From assembly GCA_905178155.1 (NCBI GenBank), contig CAJINV010000035.1, positions 1 to 64,000 on the forward strand: DNA of 64,000 nt, given 5' to 3'. This stretch comes from Amoebophrya sp. A120 (taxonomy: Eukaryota > Protista > Dinoflagellata). Both the position numbers and the translations under genes were made by a program. Below the pieces are notes generated by a model. That model saw only the letters and a program-made list of their open reading frames with translations, was not told the DNA's origin and searched no databases. Position 1 is the first letter of the stretch; every line of letters starts with the position of its first letter. Below are positions 11,800 to 25,200 of this stretch, piece after piece.

Positions 11800-12470
11800 G
11801 GTCCCTGACACTCCTGACGAGTAGTGGTCGCTTATTGTTGAGACAGGACGTTGCTCACCAGCCGCTGGTCCTCGCACAGCTGCTTTCGGGGGTCCTGTCG
11901 GAATTGCTGGCGTGGGAGCTGCAACAGCTGTTGCAGTGCTAGCAGAAATGAGAATGATACCCGAGGACGGTGAGGTAACTGTTGATGTAGAAGTTACAGA
12001 AGCTGTATTCGTACTATACCTCGTCGACGCATGTATTTTCCACACCACTTCGACCAGTTCCACTCCCTTCTCTGCAGGAGCAGTTCCAGTCCAACCAGTT
12101 CGAGGAAAAAACAAGAAGAGGTTTTGACAAAAACACTACAAGACTCGTGCAATTTAATACTTCATCACATTTTGACTTGTTTGTCGACCACTACCGAATC
12201 TACGATATTATCGTCGAAGATCTCCTACTGCGATTTCAACTCCTACTCTCGAGATCGTCAAGCCGACTAGATAGAAGCAAACGAGGTGATGCTAGTACGA
12301 ATAAGTAGGTCTTCTAAAGAGAGCTGCGGGGTCTGATTCTTCTGCATAGAGTTGCAAAATCTTTGGCGTCACAAACCTGCTGAGAAGAAGTATCTTTTTC
12401 GATCGGGAAATTTCATCCACCTTGTTTTGCGCGGTATTTTTAGTTTTGATCTTCTTTTTGACACTGAATA
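11800..12470 (-). pseudogene. Diverged duplicate of a DIS3L2 C-terminal segment plus a copy of the sequence at about 21.7-22.1 kb
   Basis: EKGVELVEVVWKIHASTRY (about 12015-12075) matches ERGVELVGVVWKIHASTRY (about 22810-22870). 12150-12470 aligns by eye with 21700-22080. Confidence 0.6.
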
Positions 12471-13085
12471 GAGTAGTCGCACAACTTACATACTATTTCG
12501 TCAGTAAAAAAAAACAAACGGACGCTCGTAGAAGATGAAGGTTTCATTCTAGTACAAAGAAGTCTGCGGTCGTAGGTAGGTGTTGTAAGAACTACTTCAT
12601 TTCTACTCCTGGGGACGAAAAAAAAAACGCTCGAAGTGATACTCGGGCTCGGGGTAGTTTCGAGTCGAGAAAAAAAAAAAAACCGAAATTGGCCGTCGAA
12701 TAACAATCTTAATCCTAAATGGAATGCGAGTGGTGCGGGCTTCTGACAACCACTGTTTTCATCTACGCCTGTCGGCGTGTCTATTCGAAGATTGGGCACT
12801 GAGCACTCGTTTTGGTGTTTCCTTTCTGCGTTTTTATTTTCAGATGGTTTCATGTTCACCTACCAGCCGGGAACGGCATTGCGTACTTTGTTCACCTTTT
12901 CACCTTTTTGTAGCTCCTGTCGGGTCCTCGACCTCGTGTAGTGGGGACAACAAAACACTTTCCGATGAGTAAGTACACTTCTTTCCTTTATCTACACTTC
13001 TCGCGACTTTCACCGGAGCAGTGTTGCTTTTTTGCGTCTACATCATGGTTGCGCGGGATGGCAGACAAGGACGCGAAGTGGTGGA

Positions 13086-16000
13086 CTACGCTCCCTTCTC
13101 CTCCTCCTCCTCCTTGCTAGCGCGGTAGAAGTTGTAAGCAAAGTTGTTGTTCTCCCGCAGGGTGTATGCATTGGAAATTTGTTCTCGAAATCGGTAGAAA
13201 TGAGATGAATGATCAGAACTTCCAGTGCTTGTTCTTTTGCATAGTGACGAAAGATTTACGCTTCGATTCTTTTTCTCTCCAGTTGAAGTTTGTCATGCGT
13301 CATTGCAGTATTAGGAAATCCTGATCAACCACGACATCAATGCAGCATCACAAATTCCCGTTTGTTCCCAACCAAGACATATTTGCGATTCATAGCACCT
13401 CTCTGCACTCCGCGAAGCGTCCGTGTGCCATCAATGTCGAAAACTCCGTCGCATCCTGTGAAAAAGTCAAAGTATCGCACAACCTCTACTACTGGCATTA
13501 ATCATGCATGACAAATCTTCCTCGTCTATCTGATCATTCTAGTTTCAATTTATTCGGACTTCATGTCTCATGCTGAACAAACTTGCTCTTGCAATGCAGT
13601 TTATCGGTAGTAGTTTGGTTCTGGCACCCACTGTCGCACAGGATAGGAGTTTAGCAGAGACCAGTGGTCGGTGTTCAGGAGCTGCATGTGGTGTCTCCAG
13701 ATGAAGAGCATCCGCCGCGCCTGGCTGGTCTTCGTCGGTTCATCCTCTCGCGCCTTCCCCGTCGAACTGCCTATCGCGGATTGGCTAGCAAAATCCGCTC
13801 CTTCCCGCACCGCAGCGGTACTGCTCTCGTCTTTCACGGCGGCCCAGAGCTGCGTGAACTCTTCGTACTTCGAATCGCGCACGTCGAACTGCGGGAGGAA
13901 AAACTCGCAGACGTCCTTCATCGCCCGTCTGTCGTCATCTTTGGCTACAGATTTCGCATCCGGTAGCTTCGTGTACTGTCTGAAGAGTTCCTCGAGCGCG
14001 ATCTCCACTGGGTTGGGAGCAAAAAGTTTGTGGTAGTTGGAAACGCCGGACGGCTGCATTTGCTCGGAGTAAGAGCGCCCGGAGGTGGTCGGAAAGAAAA
14101 CGAAATCGAAGTCAAGTATCTCCTCGAGGTCCAGGGTATGCAGCTCGTGCTTCTTGATCCACCCGGCAGCCCCTCCTGCGGTGGTTGGTTGCGCGGGGTT
14201 CAATCTTGCTTCCTGGTCGGACGAAGATGACTGCGTCTGCGGGGCGGGATTTGTATTGCTGCAGTACTCACCTTTCGTTTCCGCTGCGCCATCGCCGGAA
14301 AGAAGATCTACATTCATTCCGGTGCTATCTGCCGTAGCTGTAGCGGAAACTTCGTTGTTCTTGTTGACATCGTCCATCGTAATCAAATCCAAAAGAGCGA
14401 CGAGCACTGGGCTCACACGCGCAACTCGTCGCTGCTGCAACAGTGGGCGGGGAATCTTCATTTTTGTTCTCCAGGATGCCATTTCCGAGTTTGCGCTTGT
14501 TGCCACTGCATCACTTCTTATGCCCTACAAAACCATGACGATGTCCCCGTCCCCCATGCCTTCGGGTTCGAATATAATTTGTCTTGCATGAATACAAAGC
14601 ATATGAGCACTGCCCATCTCTACCAAAAGTGTCGTGTTGGTAAGGGAGGAAGGAACAAAATTTTCAAAAGATTCGACGATAATCTAGCACTCCACTTGGC
14701 GTCGACAGGCAGAGCTGCAGATGCAGCCTCATAATAATATTTTGCATTACAAAACGACTCTGCGTTTGCATCAAAAGTTTGAGAGGCGGTGGCGGGACCA
14801 GAACGAGCGTTCTTTTGTGATGGCATATCAACGTCGTCCGTGGTGCCTGTGAGTAGAGAAAGCTCCTTCAATTCCACAGGAGTGTAACAGACGTGTGCAT
14901 CGCGAGGATCACGTGCAGCAGCGTTCGCCTTCGCACCGCCGGTCCTGTGCACAACCTTCTGGGGCAAGTCGCCAGCACTCAGGAGAAACAGCTCCTTCTG
15001 GTAGCCGGGCAGTGGCAGGATGTTGGTGCTGTAATTCCAGCTGCTACAGGTCTTGTCGAAATGGCGCTTTCCCCACGAGAGTCGCCACGGGGCGTGGCCC
15101 AAAACGCGCGCAACGACGGCAAACGGTACTACTTTTGTTCGTATAAAAAACCACAGCTTGGCTCGAGATCGTCGCTTTTTAGCATCGGCGTCCAATCCTG
15201 GTGGATGATCATCTAATTGAGCAGGAAGCCAGGGAGTGACATACACCTCACGATCGCGATCTGGAGCTGGGTAGCCGCGGCCGCCGATGCGCACCAGGGT
15301 ACGCGGGTCGAATGGAAGCAGAGACTTTCCTTGCAGCCGGTACTGCTGTGTATGCGTTATAAAAGCATCGTAAAAATTTTCGTACCACATTTTATCATGA
15401 AGAATTAGGTAAAATTGAATGTAATTCTCAAGCAGGTAAAAGCAAGCGAGCTATCTGTCATGCAAGACACTACAGTTACGTACGAGTACGATACAACTTT
15501 TGCACAGCATATCTCGCGGCCTCGAACAAAGCCTCCCAGGGAAAGGCCGTCGCAGTTACATCCTCTTTTTCGAAAATAAACCAACGCTGGAGCAAATATT
15601 CCGCGCGTTCCGCATGGCCGAATCCGTAACCATTGCAGTAATGGGACCAGTTAAAGGCGTGGCAGTAGCTGTTCCACATGAAGCGATCCTCGGGAACCCA
15701 AACTGGGTTTGGTGACGGAAGAAAGGCGCTGCTGTTTTTGGTACCTTTGGTCCAGACATCTGTCTCCACGATCGCGGATGTGCGAAGACGCCATTTGCTC
15801 TCGCAGGTGAGACCAATCTCCTTGTTGTGCTTGGAATCGCCCGCTGCATTGTGGCAAGAGCCAGGTTCCTTTTTCGCGAATTCATTCTCCTCATCTGTGA
15901 TGCTGCGCTGGGCTGCGGTCTCGCTGGTGTTGTTTTGCCGCTTGTTGCCATCTGACGGGTTCTTGTGACTACTTTTTCCGCTCGCTAGCTCCGCCACTAG

Positions 16001-19000
16001 GTTGACGATGCTCTCCGCTACTTTCTCCGAGTCGGCCAAACTCTGGCTCCACGGTAGTTGCTGCGTGCTGTCCCGGTTTACGAAGTCCACCCACGAGTTC
16101 AGCCGCTGATCCACATATGTGGCCGCGTCGTCGCAATCGTGCTGTTGATCTTGATTTCGTAACACTATATCAAGCGCGGTTCGGGAAATCTCGCGCTCCA
16201 CCATACCAGTTTTATCCGCGGACCCCGGATTCCTATGATCTTCGGCGGGTGCGAAGGCGCGCCACTTGGCCGTGAACGGAGGCTCTAGGAGAAGCTGCAT
16301 CATGAAGTGCCACTTTCCCGTCATTAGCATCAGCTGCTCTGGCGGGATGCTAGTGCTTCCGTCGGGACCTGTTCCTTCCATCTTGGTGCAGCGAAGGCTT
16401 GTAGTCGCGCGGCCTCCTCTTTCGTCGTAGGTATCTTCCAGGCGCGGGCGCGGACAGTGGCAGGTCATGCGCAGAAGAGTTTCCACTGCATGCACGATGT
16501 GCATCGGGCAATACCACAGCTCATTCCGATTTGCATCCAGCAAATCCGTGTCGCCGACGGCCGCGTAACACCGGCAGTCAAAGCATTCTACCAGTCGTAC
16601 GGAAAGCGGAACGAGCAAGCGCGTGGCGAGCACTGCAGCGGTGTATGACACGAAATACTCCGGGTCGAAAGCCCCCGTGCGTCCGTCGACGCACAGGTAG
16701 CCAAAGCAGTTTTTCGGGGTCCGGGGGTCGGTGCGGTACAGGCGGTGGTGGCGATACTCCTCGTTGAAGAGCCACGCTGCAAATCGTGCGTTCACTTCTG
16801 CAGGGAGTCGTGCTTGCCATTGCTGCCACTCTGCCACATCCGCATCCGTAGGGTGGACGAAATCGGGCTCGTCGTCGTAGAAAAATAAGTCGTTGTCGTA
16901 TGCATTGCAAATGTGTATCGGTGTGGAAAAGTGCGAACTTTGTCACGCTGTTTTTGTATGACCCAGCAGAGCTTCTGGCATGCAAGCTCTCGCCTCACTG
17001 ATTGCGGAGCTTTCTCAATTATACTCATATCTCGAATATAAATATATAAACTCCAGGTCCAGACTTTGATGACAAGAAACAAGCTACTTTTGCGGCCTTC
17101 TGTGCATGACAGATTTTTGTCTCGACTAGACCCATACGTATTCGCAATGCCTATGTCGGGGCGGAGTTGCAATTCACCACAATCGATTGGAGGTCCGCTA
17201 GCTTGAAAGTTCGACCATCCATTGTAGGCGCCGGGCTTCAAGTATGCCAGTAGACAACTTCTACGCCCTTTCCTTTACTTAGCAGAGCATGAACAGCAAC
17301 AAGAACCAAGCCCTTGCTGTTCAGGTTGAAGTTTCCGCACGATGACATCAAATTTACACACATCAGATTGTAGTAATGTTTGTGAAGACGAAGAAGATCT
17401 CGAACTTTGTCACGCGGACCGTGGCAACAGATTGATATTCTGGTTAACCGAGCGGATATTAGTGGTGGTTTTCGCCCTGCAAATCTAGAAAGGGTGAGTT
17501 GTGGATTCTGATACCATGACGAACCACGACCCGGATTTGTCTGCCTCCGCCGTACCCGCCACAGCTCCCGGGAACTCCACGGCCTTCGTTGTCACACGGA
17601 TCGCGCAAATCTTTCTCCGTTGTCCCTGCTGCGCTGGTGCGGCGCAGGACGCTGCCGTATTTTGATTTTCAGTCTTCGCCACAGCCGGTTGGGACGCCGA
17701 CGTTGCAGAAGCAGCACTAGACGTGGTTCCAGTAGCAGTTGGCACTAGCCGCAATGTCGAGCCAGACTCTGCGGCAGCGGAATAACCGACCGGCTCTGCG
17801 TGCTCCGTTTCGGTGGCGCTGTCCAACACGCCGGGGTGTGTTGGCGATGCGGAGTTGTTTTGTTCCGCACGGGCTCCGACTGGAACACCAGCGGTTTCTC
17901 GGGTTGCTCCTGCAACTCCAGTCTGGAAAACAAGCGTACGACCCACCGACGACGCTGCGCCAGAGCTGCTGCTGTGGAAAGTAGACTTCGGCAGAAGAGA
18001 TTCGTTTCCCGCTGGGACGGCGGCCTGCTTCCCGCGATTCTCTTCGCCAGAGCGAGATGGGGGTCCTCCAGCACAAAGTGCGTCAAGCCTGGTGCTCGGC
18101 ACTGTCTATGAACTGCAAAAGTATCGCACTCGTATAAATGCATTACAAATTTCCTCAGCATGAGAAATAAAATTTGTAATGCTGATTTACCTTAAGCAAA
18201 AGATTTGTAATGCAAGAATTGCACTTATACGAGTTGTACGATACTTTTGCACAGGATACTGTCGCGGTAGGGAAGAGAAGAAATTCCAGCATTTCCTTCT
18301 CGTCTATGGCGCTCTCAACTGTTGCATTCTCAACTGTATAATATGAATTTGTGATGCAAGAATGGCAACGGAGAAAAGGGTGACCTTGCACGTGTCGCAT
18401 GACAGATTTGCGACAGATCCTCAGCCTCTTTGGCTCTTCTAGAATCTGTCATGCGAAGCAGCTTGATCACGTCGATTCTACTTCGTAAGTTTGCATGACA
18501 AATCATTGATAACAGTTGAAAATGTAACATTTGAGAACGCCATATCGTCTTCTACGAGTAATTCCACTGGTGCAAACGACGGGGTCTTCGGGCTCCTCGA
18601 TGGCCCGCTGCCGCTCTGCGCACTTTGCGGACTGCTCAACCGGGACATGCGCAGCGACAAATCGTCGATTGGGTGCTGGTCCTCCTGGAGACGCTGCAAC
18701 TCCTCGCTGTTTTGCAGCTCCGGCTGCTCCACGACGCCCTCCATGGCTGTACTCGGTGACGCTTGTCAAAAAGAAAAATTCCCCCTCCCCAAACTGAAAA
18801 GGTATATTTTTGGAAATTTGTGATGCTAATTTGTGGTCACAAATCGTGTCTGTCTTGCAAGAAGGCAACTCCGCAGGCTCCGCCGCTTTGTGCGGGCGGT
18901 TTCTCATGCTGTCGGGCCTACAGTGCGGACGTTTTTCATGCTAAGTGCCTAGGCCACAGCCTCTCCACTCACGCTTGGCATGGGCCTGCACTGCTCTCCA

Positions 19001-19937
19001 GCAAGACAGCTCCGATTTGTGTACACAATTCCAGCATCACAAATTTCGTTTTGATATGGGGAGGACGGATTTTTCCTTTCGATAACGCTTCCGGCGTGTT
19101 CTGTGCGCTCTCCGGCACACGCCAAATCTGCAGCATGGACGCCGGAATTGTCGGAAAAAACATGAAGTATCGCACTTCTAGTTCTAGTAGCCATCTAGTG
19201 ATCATGCATGACACATCTCCTTTCTGTAGCTACATCAGCATTGCACAAAATTCATCTCGTTTTCTTCATTATGCCAAGAAACAAGTTTGTAGATGCATAC
19301 TTAAAAAGTCCTCGTACTAGTCGCGCAACAATACTTATCACGAGAAAAAAGTGTTACAGTTACACATTTGTTGGAGTTTCTGCATCACAAATTTTCTCTG
19401 TGTACCAAAGAAAACTTCTAATGCGAAGAGCAGAAGGGAAAACAGGAAGGAAACGAGGCTCGCAAGCATTTCCTGCATGAGAAACGTTGTCTGTGTTGCC
19501 GGTCTTGCAACACAATGTGTAACTGTAACACTTTTTTCTTGCGATAATACTTCTGCACAGATGAATAGCCGGCGCGATCCGTTTGGCGAAGTGAATCATG
19601 AGGAGTCTTTATGCAATACAAATTTTCCGCACAGTGTGTACAAAACGCATCACAAATTTCGCAAAGAACTTAGAGGAAGCAACTCGTCATGCTGATGCTG
19701 AGCAAAAGGTTTGAAGGAAAAATCAAAATTTGTCATGCGGAAGGAACATTTGTACGTCGTGTACAGAAAATTTCCTGTGGATAGTCTTTCCTTGAAGTGC
19801 TTGGCGGTGACTTTCAGTACCAATTTCCCATCCTCATCACGGTACAGGCTGCCCGCCAGCGGTGGTTTTTGTAGTTCCGTAAAAGGCAGCTCGACGAAAT
19901 CCTCGTCACCGCTGAGACCGTGGCGGAAACGAAGCAT
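13086..19937 (-). CDS. Large unknown protein (about 1500 aa) with about 12 TIR introns
   Basis: +5 joins link MLRFRHG..KER|LLMIHF..PA|SMLQ..EA|SPST..DE|KEML..T|VPSTR..VM|EPGAY..PD|NDLFF..AAR|QYRLQ; ends ..EEEEEKGA*. The junction near 14.5-14.7 kb is unresolved. Confidence 0.65.
15351..15511. mobile_element. IR introner, family B
   Basis: TATGCGTTATAAAAGCATCG...TACGATACAACTTTTGCACAGCATA; frame restored. Confidence 0.75.
16899..17153. mobile_element. IR introner, family A
   Basis: TATGCATTGCAAATG...TTCGCAATGCCTA; perfect TSD tgtcg. Confidence 0.85.
17243..17513. mobile_element. IR introner, diverged (E-like)
   Basis: TATGCCAGTAGACAACT...AGTTGTGGATTCTGATA; frame restored. Confidence 0.65.
18107..18258. 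mobile_element. IR introner, family B
   Basis: TATGAACTGCAAAAGTATCG...CGATACTTTTGCACAGGATA; perfect TSD ctgtc. Confidence 0.92.
18305..18544. mobile_element. IR introner, family C
   Basis: TATGGCGCTCTCAAC...TTGAGAACGCCATA; perfect TSD tcgtc. Confidence 0.92.
18764..19084. mobile_element. IR introner, family D (TGT start)
   Basis: TGTCAAAAAGAAAAATTCCCCCTCCCC...GGGGAGGACGGATTTTTCCTTTCGATA; perfect TSD acgct. Confidence 0.85.
19146..19567. mobile_element. Family B introner with a nested family H element
   Basis: Outer perfect TSD gccgg; B-type AAGTATCGCAC near the left end and ATACTTCTGCACAG near the right end. Confidence 0.75.
19336..19546. mobile_element. IR introner, family H (nested)
   Basis: 33-bp TIR TATCACGAGAAAAAAGTGTTACAGTTACACATT (2 mismatches); perfect TSD atact. 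Confidence 0.92.
19610..19783. mobile_element. IR introner, additional family
   Basis: TATGCAATACAAATTTTC..TGTACAAA...TTTGTAC..GAAAATTTCCTGTGGATA; perfect TSD gtctt. Confidence 0.82.
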
Positions 19938-20486
19938 GGCTGCGGCAGCGATCGGAGAACAAGCCGGAGGTGGCTACGAAGAAACACCGAAGGAAGTACT
20001 TAAAGTCGTTGTCGCAAGAATCTTCTACGTGCAGAAGCGCAGCCCCTCTGTGGCTCCTTTGCCTTGTACGTCAATAGGATGCGTTGACTTGTTCTCTCCG
20101 CCCCGCTCTGAAAATTTCCGCCGCTTCTTCAAAGTAGAAGACGCTGTTCTCAGCCGTCGACGGCGGAGGGCGGCATATTATTTCGGCACGCAGTACGAAA
20201 ATGTCGTATTTCTTTCTGTAACCTCGCGTCCTCCAACAGGGAGACGAAGTCGATCAAAAAAAAAAACGCTCTGCTGGTCGAAGAACGAGTATCCAGCACA
20301 GTCATCTTCACGCCACCCTAAATCAATTTGTGAGTTGTACACCGGTGTTGTGAAAGTACAGTATTGTACACCTATTTAATCCGTGGCACGAAGACTCCTC
20401 GCACAAACAAACTACTCGCGTTGAACGGGGGGAGGAAAGAAACAGGAGGCCGCGAATTTTTACAGATAGTAACACTACTAGGTTGG

Positions 20487-21694
20487 TACTGGCGCAGTTT
20501 GTAATGCTGGCGAAGAGGGCGCGACCACCCTCGCACGACCGTGCACCCTGGTCCTTTGCTACTCGGGGCGGAGTATTCTAGCTACTTCGGGGCTTGTATT
20601 GCCAGCTGCGCGCGTCACCCGCTGAAGAGGCCTTCTTCTGGAAGGTCAACAAATGCGCCACTAACTAGAGAAGTAGTCCCATCGAAATGCGCAATCTGTC
20701 ATGCTGACACGTAGCAAAAGGAAAGACGGCGGTGGCGTGTTTGTGCAAAAACAAAGCGAGCCCATTCGGATTCCTTGTGTCACACGCACTGCGCATTACA
20801 AACTGACTCCGACGCAGGCAGCTTGCAAGAACGAGTCCGCCTGGACTAGTTCTCTCATACGGAAATCGCATTACAAACAGCAACCTACTGGCGCAGTTTG
20901 TAATGCTGGCGAGGATGGCTAGGGCACGACCACCCTCGCACGACCGCGCACCCTGGTCCTTTGCTACTCGGGGCGGAGTATTCTAGCTACGTCGGGGCTT
21001 GAATTGCCAGCTGCGCGCGTCACCCCCTGAAGAAGCCTCCTTCTGGAAGGTCAACAAATGCGCCAGCAACTAGAGAAGTAGTCCCATCGAAATGCGCAAT
21101 CTGTCATGCTGACACGTAGCAAAAGGAAAGAAGGCGGTGGCCTGTTTGTGCAAAAACAAAGCGAGCCCATTCGGATTCCTTCTGTCACACGCACTTCGCA
21201 TTACAAACTGACTCCGACGCAGGCAGCTTGCAAGAACGAGTCCGCCTGGACTCGTTCTCTCATACGGAATCCGCATTACAAACAGCAACCTGCTGGCGCA
21301 GTTTGTAATGCTGGCGAAGATGGCGCGACCACCCTCGCACGACCGCGCACCCTGGTCCTTTGCTCCTCGTCGCGGAATATTCAGCTACTTCGGGGCTTGT
21401 ATGCCCAGCTTCGCGCGTCACCCGCTGAAGAGGCCCCCTTCTGGAAGGTCAACAAATGCGCCAGCAACTAGAGAAGTAGTCCCATCGAAATGCGCAACCT
21501 GTCATGCTGACACGTAGCAAAAGGAAAGAAGGCGGTGGCCTCGCTTGTGCAAAAACAAAGCGAGCCCATTCGCATTCCTTCTGTCATACGCACTGCCAAT
21601 TACAAACTGACTCTTACGTCGTAGGCAGCTTGCAAGAACGAGGCCGCCTGGATTCGTTCTCTCATACGGAATCCGCATTACAAACAGCGACCTA
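20487..21694. repeat. Three tandem ~400-bp direct repeats, each with an internal GTTTGTAATGC/GCATTACAAAC inverted pair
   Basis: Units start at 20487, 20886 and 21291 and are highly similar. Confidence 0.92.
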
Positions 21695-22235
21695 ATGGGC
21701 AATTTGGAACTTCACACTTTGACTCGTTTGTCGACTACCTAATAAATTAGATCGATGTCGACGAACGGCAACGGCTGACTTCATGATATCGTCGCGCATT
21801 TTTTACTGCGATTTCATCATCTACTCCTCCAGATGTTGCGTTGAAAATCTCGAGATCTTCAAGTCGACTGGAAACAATAAACAAAGTGATGCTTCTAGTA
21901 CGAGGAGTAGGTCTAAAGCTAAACAGAGCTTGCGGTACAGATTCCAGAGCTGCGCAGAGAGGCGTTAAAGTCTTGTTTGCCACAAGCCTGTTGTTAAAGA
22001 AGAAAGTCATTTTCAATCGGGAAATGTCCGCCTTTGATGCGGTGTTTTACTTTTGGTTATTATTCTCTCTGAATAGTCATGTAGGCACTTATCGCCAGGA
22101 AAAAAAGAAGGATCAAACTCACTCTGCTCACAGGAACACAAACAGCCGCACAATTCGTTTCTGTTGAAGTCACTTGTTTGACCTTCGACTTCAATGTGAC
22201 GAGCATAAACAGATTTTTATTTGATTATTTGCTCC

Positions 22236-25200
22236 TCACTCGACCAACTTCAACGACCACAGTGCTTTATTTTTGAACTCGCCAGTACAATTCGATGCAG
22301 GAGACGTCGTCGCACCTCCCCCACCAACGACCTCAATCAACGAGTTTTTCGTCGGTTTTGCGACTAATCTCACTTGCTCGCCGATACTCAGTTTGGACAA
22401 AATTTCGCTTGTCGTTTCCAAACTCTCCACCGTCCCCGCTTTCGTGTGGCGGAGTTGGGGGAGGAAAAACTCCACTTTGCTCGTGGTGGTGGTCGGAACA
22501 GCAGGCGCCATAGTTTCGTCGACTTCAGACTCTGGACAAGAACCTTCGGCGAGTCGTGTTGAGATAGTCGTGGTGGAACGACCTTGTCGGTCATCCCCGT
22601 CTTGAGACGAGCAGCTGCCACTGTCTTCAGTTCCATTACCATTTCCCAGCACCGCCGGATTGTTCATTGACGCCATGGCGGCTGGTGCGCCACCCATTTT
22701 TTGCCCGCCATCAGCTGTCGAAACTGACGGAACAGGCGTTGTAGGGGCAGTGCTACTACCAGAGCAGATCGCGGCGGGTGTAGAAGTCGTGGTAAGATCA
22801 GGACTCGCATACCTCGTCGACGCATGTATTTTCCACACCACTCCGACAAGCTCCACTCCTCTCTCGGGCAACGGTTGCCTTCGCAAGAATTCCGCGAAAT
22901 ACCACAATCGGCAGTCCGCCGCGGCGTCGTCCTGCCGGCGGCTGTAGTCGGTGCATCGGGCGGTGATCTGCTGCAGGTCCGACCACTCAGATTCGGAGAT
23001 CGCTGGAGGTCGCGTCGACCTATTTTGTGCTGCGTTCACTTCTGTATCCTCCGCAGCTGCAGGTCGTGCGACTGCTTTCTCATACTCGTACTCATTTCCC
23101 ACTGCTCTCGCCAGCATCCTATGTACGATGATATCTGCGTAGCGGCGGATTGGGGAGGTGAAATGTAAATACCCCTCAAGGTTCAGGCCCCAGTGGAAAG
23201 TAGTAGCAGTGGAAGACGTAGATGATGACGAACAAGACGCAGTGCTTGTGTTTTTGTCAGCCTGATGGTCTACAACTTCCGCTACGTGCTGATCCTGATC
23301 AGCATTCTGTATCGTGGTTTCCTCGTCGCCATCCACCATCTTATACTCCGCTTTTTCCAGTGCCTGCAACGCACTAAAAGTCACACTCTCGGCGAGGCTT
23401 GTGGGTAGGTGGGTTTGGGCAAATTGAAGAATTTCTTCCACCGTGGGCTGAGGATTGTTTGTGTCGGTGGCGTTTTGACAACCATCATAGTTGGACCCAC
23501 TGGTACTGTATGAAATGCAAAAGAATCGTAGTACTAGTATATATCGCATGACAAATTTCCCCAGCATGAGAAATAAAGTTTGTAGTGCGGATTTAACTTG
23601 AGAAAGAAATTTGTATTGCATGACTGCGATTACTACGAGTACGATACTTTTGCACGGAATATGCTACCACCTGTGTTCCCCCCGTCGATCGAAACGCCAG
23701 TGAGAAAATGCTGGATTTTCTGCTTCATCGTCATGGTTTCGGCCGTGCATTGAGGTGCATTTTTAGTACCCGCTTCTGATGCAGCTTCCTCTCTGGTGCT
23801 GGTAGTGTTGGTTTCCGCAGCGCTTCTGCTGGCAACATGTCTACCATCTTTCCCCTTCGCTACCAAGTCGTGCAAAAACAGCAACAGCTGCTTCCGAATC
23901 TGGTTACTGGTGTCCGGATGGATCCGCTGCATGGTTTTGTGCTGATAAGCTTGCAGCAATTTCTTCGCGACAACATGATTCGCCAGCACCATCAGCTCCT
24001 CGATAATTCGGTGCGAGTCGAAGTAGAAGGGTCGTTTGTCATGCTGGTTTTCCACTGAATGCGCTGTCTTACCAGTACTGTCCTTCGTGCCGTTACTCAC
24101 AAATTCAAACCTCGTTGGCCAGCCCGTCTCCTGGTCAAATTCCATGACAACCTCGTCACTGGCGTTGCCAAAATTCAGGGTCAATCCGCCGGACTGCAAT
24201 CTCTGCTCCCGACGTGATTTCGTCACGATTGCCAGGTGCTGCAGGATCTCCTTCGGAGTGGTTGGGAGGAGGCGCTTTTTGAAGGTAGATGTTGCGCTGG
24301 TTGTAGTGTTGCGCTTGTCCTTGTTCGCTGCGGTTTTCGCATGACAAATTTCTTCTGGCTCAGCTGTAGTGGCAGCAGCAATCTCCTTCTCCTTCACCAG
24401 CATGACAGATTCCCTCGGCACTGGAAAAACGCCGTCGTGCGAGTCGTTGAGCAAACACTCGTTGACACTGTCGTAGTCCATCCGGGCTGCCGGGCGGATC
24501 AGTGTGCGGTGGAACTTTGTCATGCTGGGAACGGTATTGCCGCTGGGTTTGTCATGCGTTGCTCCATCATGTTCATGGTCGTAAGCTCCTTCTTCTTGTT
24601 CTCCAATGATCTTCCCGGTCTCCGGATCCAGGGAGACGAAAACCGAAAAGCAGTTCTTCTCCCTAGGAACAGCAGGATCGACAACGTCGCTGGTCGTGCG
24701 ATTTCTCCCACTAGGCTCCACATCCGTCGCATCCAATGAGCAGCACCGCTCCGAAAGAGCTCGCGGCAGCATCGGGTAAACCCAATTTGGAAGATAAACC
24801 GTGGTCGTTCGGCTTTTCGCGACCTCGTCACACAGTGACCCGGGCCGGACGTAGTGCGCGACATCCGCAATGTGGATGCCAACTTGGAGGATTTTCTTCT
24901 TGATGCTTTCTGTAGAAGTAGTGGTTGGCGCAGCGCTTTTTATTGCCGATGAACTATCCGCCGTGCAGCTTCGTTCTCTAGCAGGGCCACTGCTACTCGA
25001 AGGAAATGCTGATGTCCCTTTTGTCGCCCGGATCCCCTCCCGCTTGTACACCTTCTCCCACCACTCCGCCTGGTCGTCCAGTGAATCGAAAATCTGCACG
25101 GAGATTGCGTCATCCAAATCTTTCGCGGTCGTTGGATCGATGGAGAAAACGTACAAATCGTTTGTCAAATCCACTCTGGGGATCACATCCGTCAACGGCT

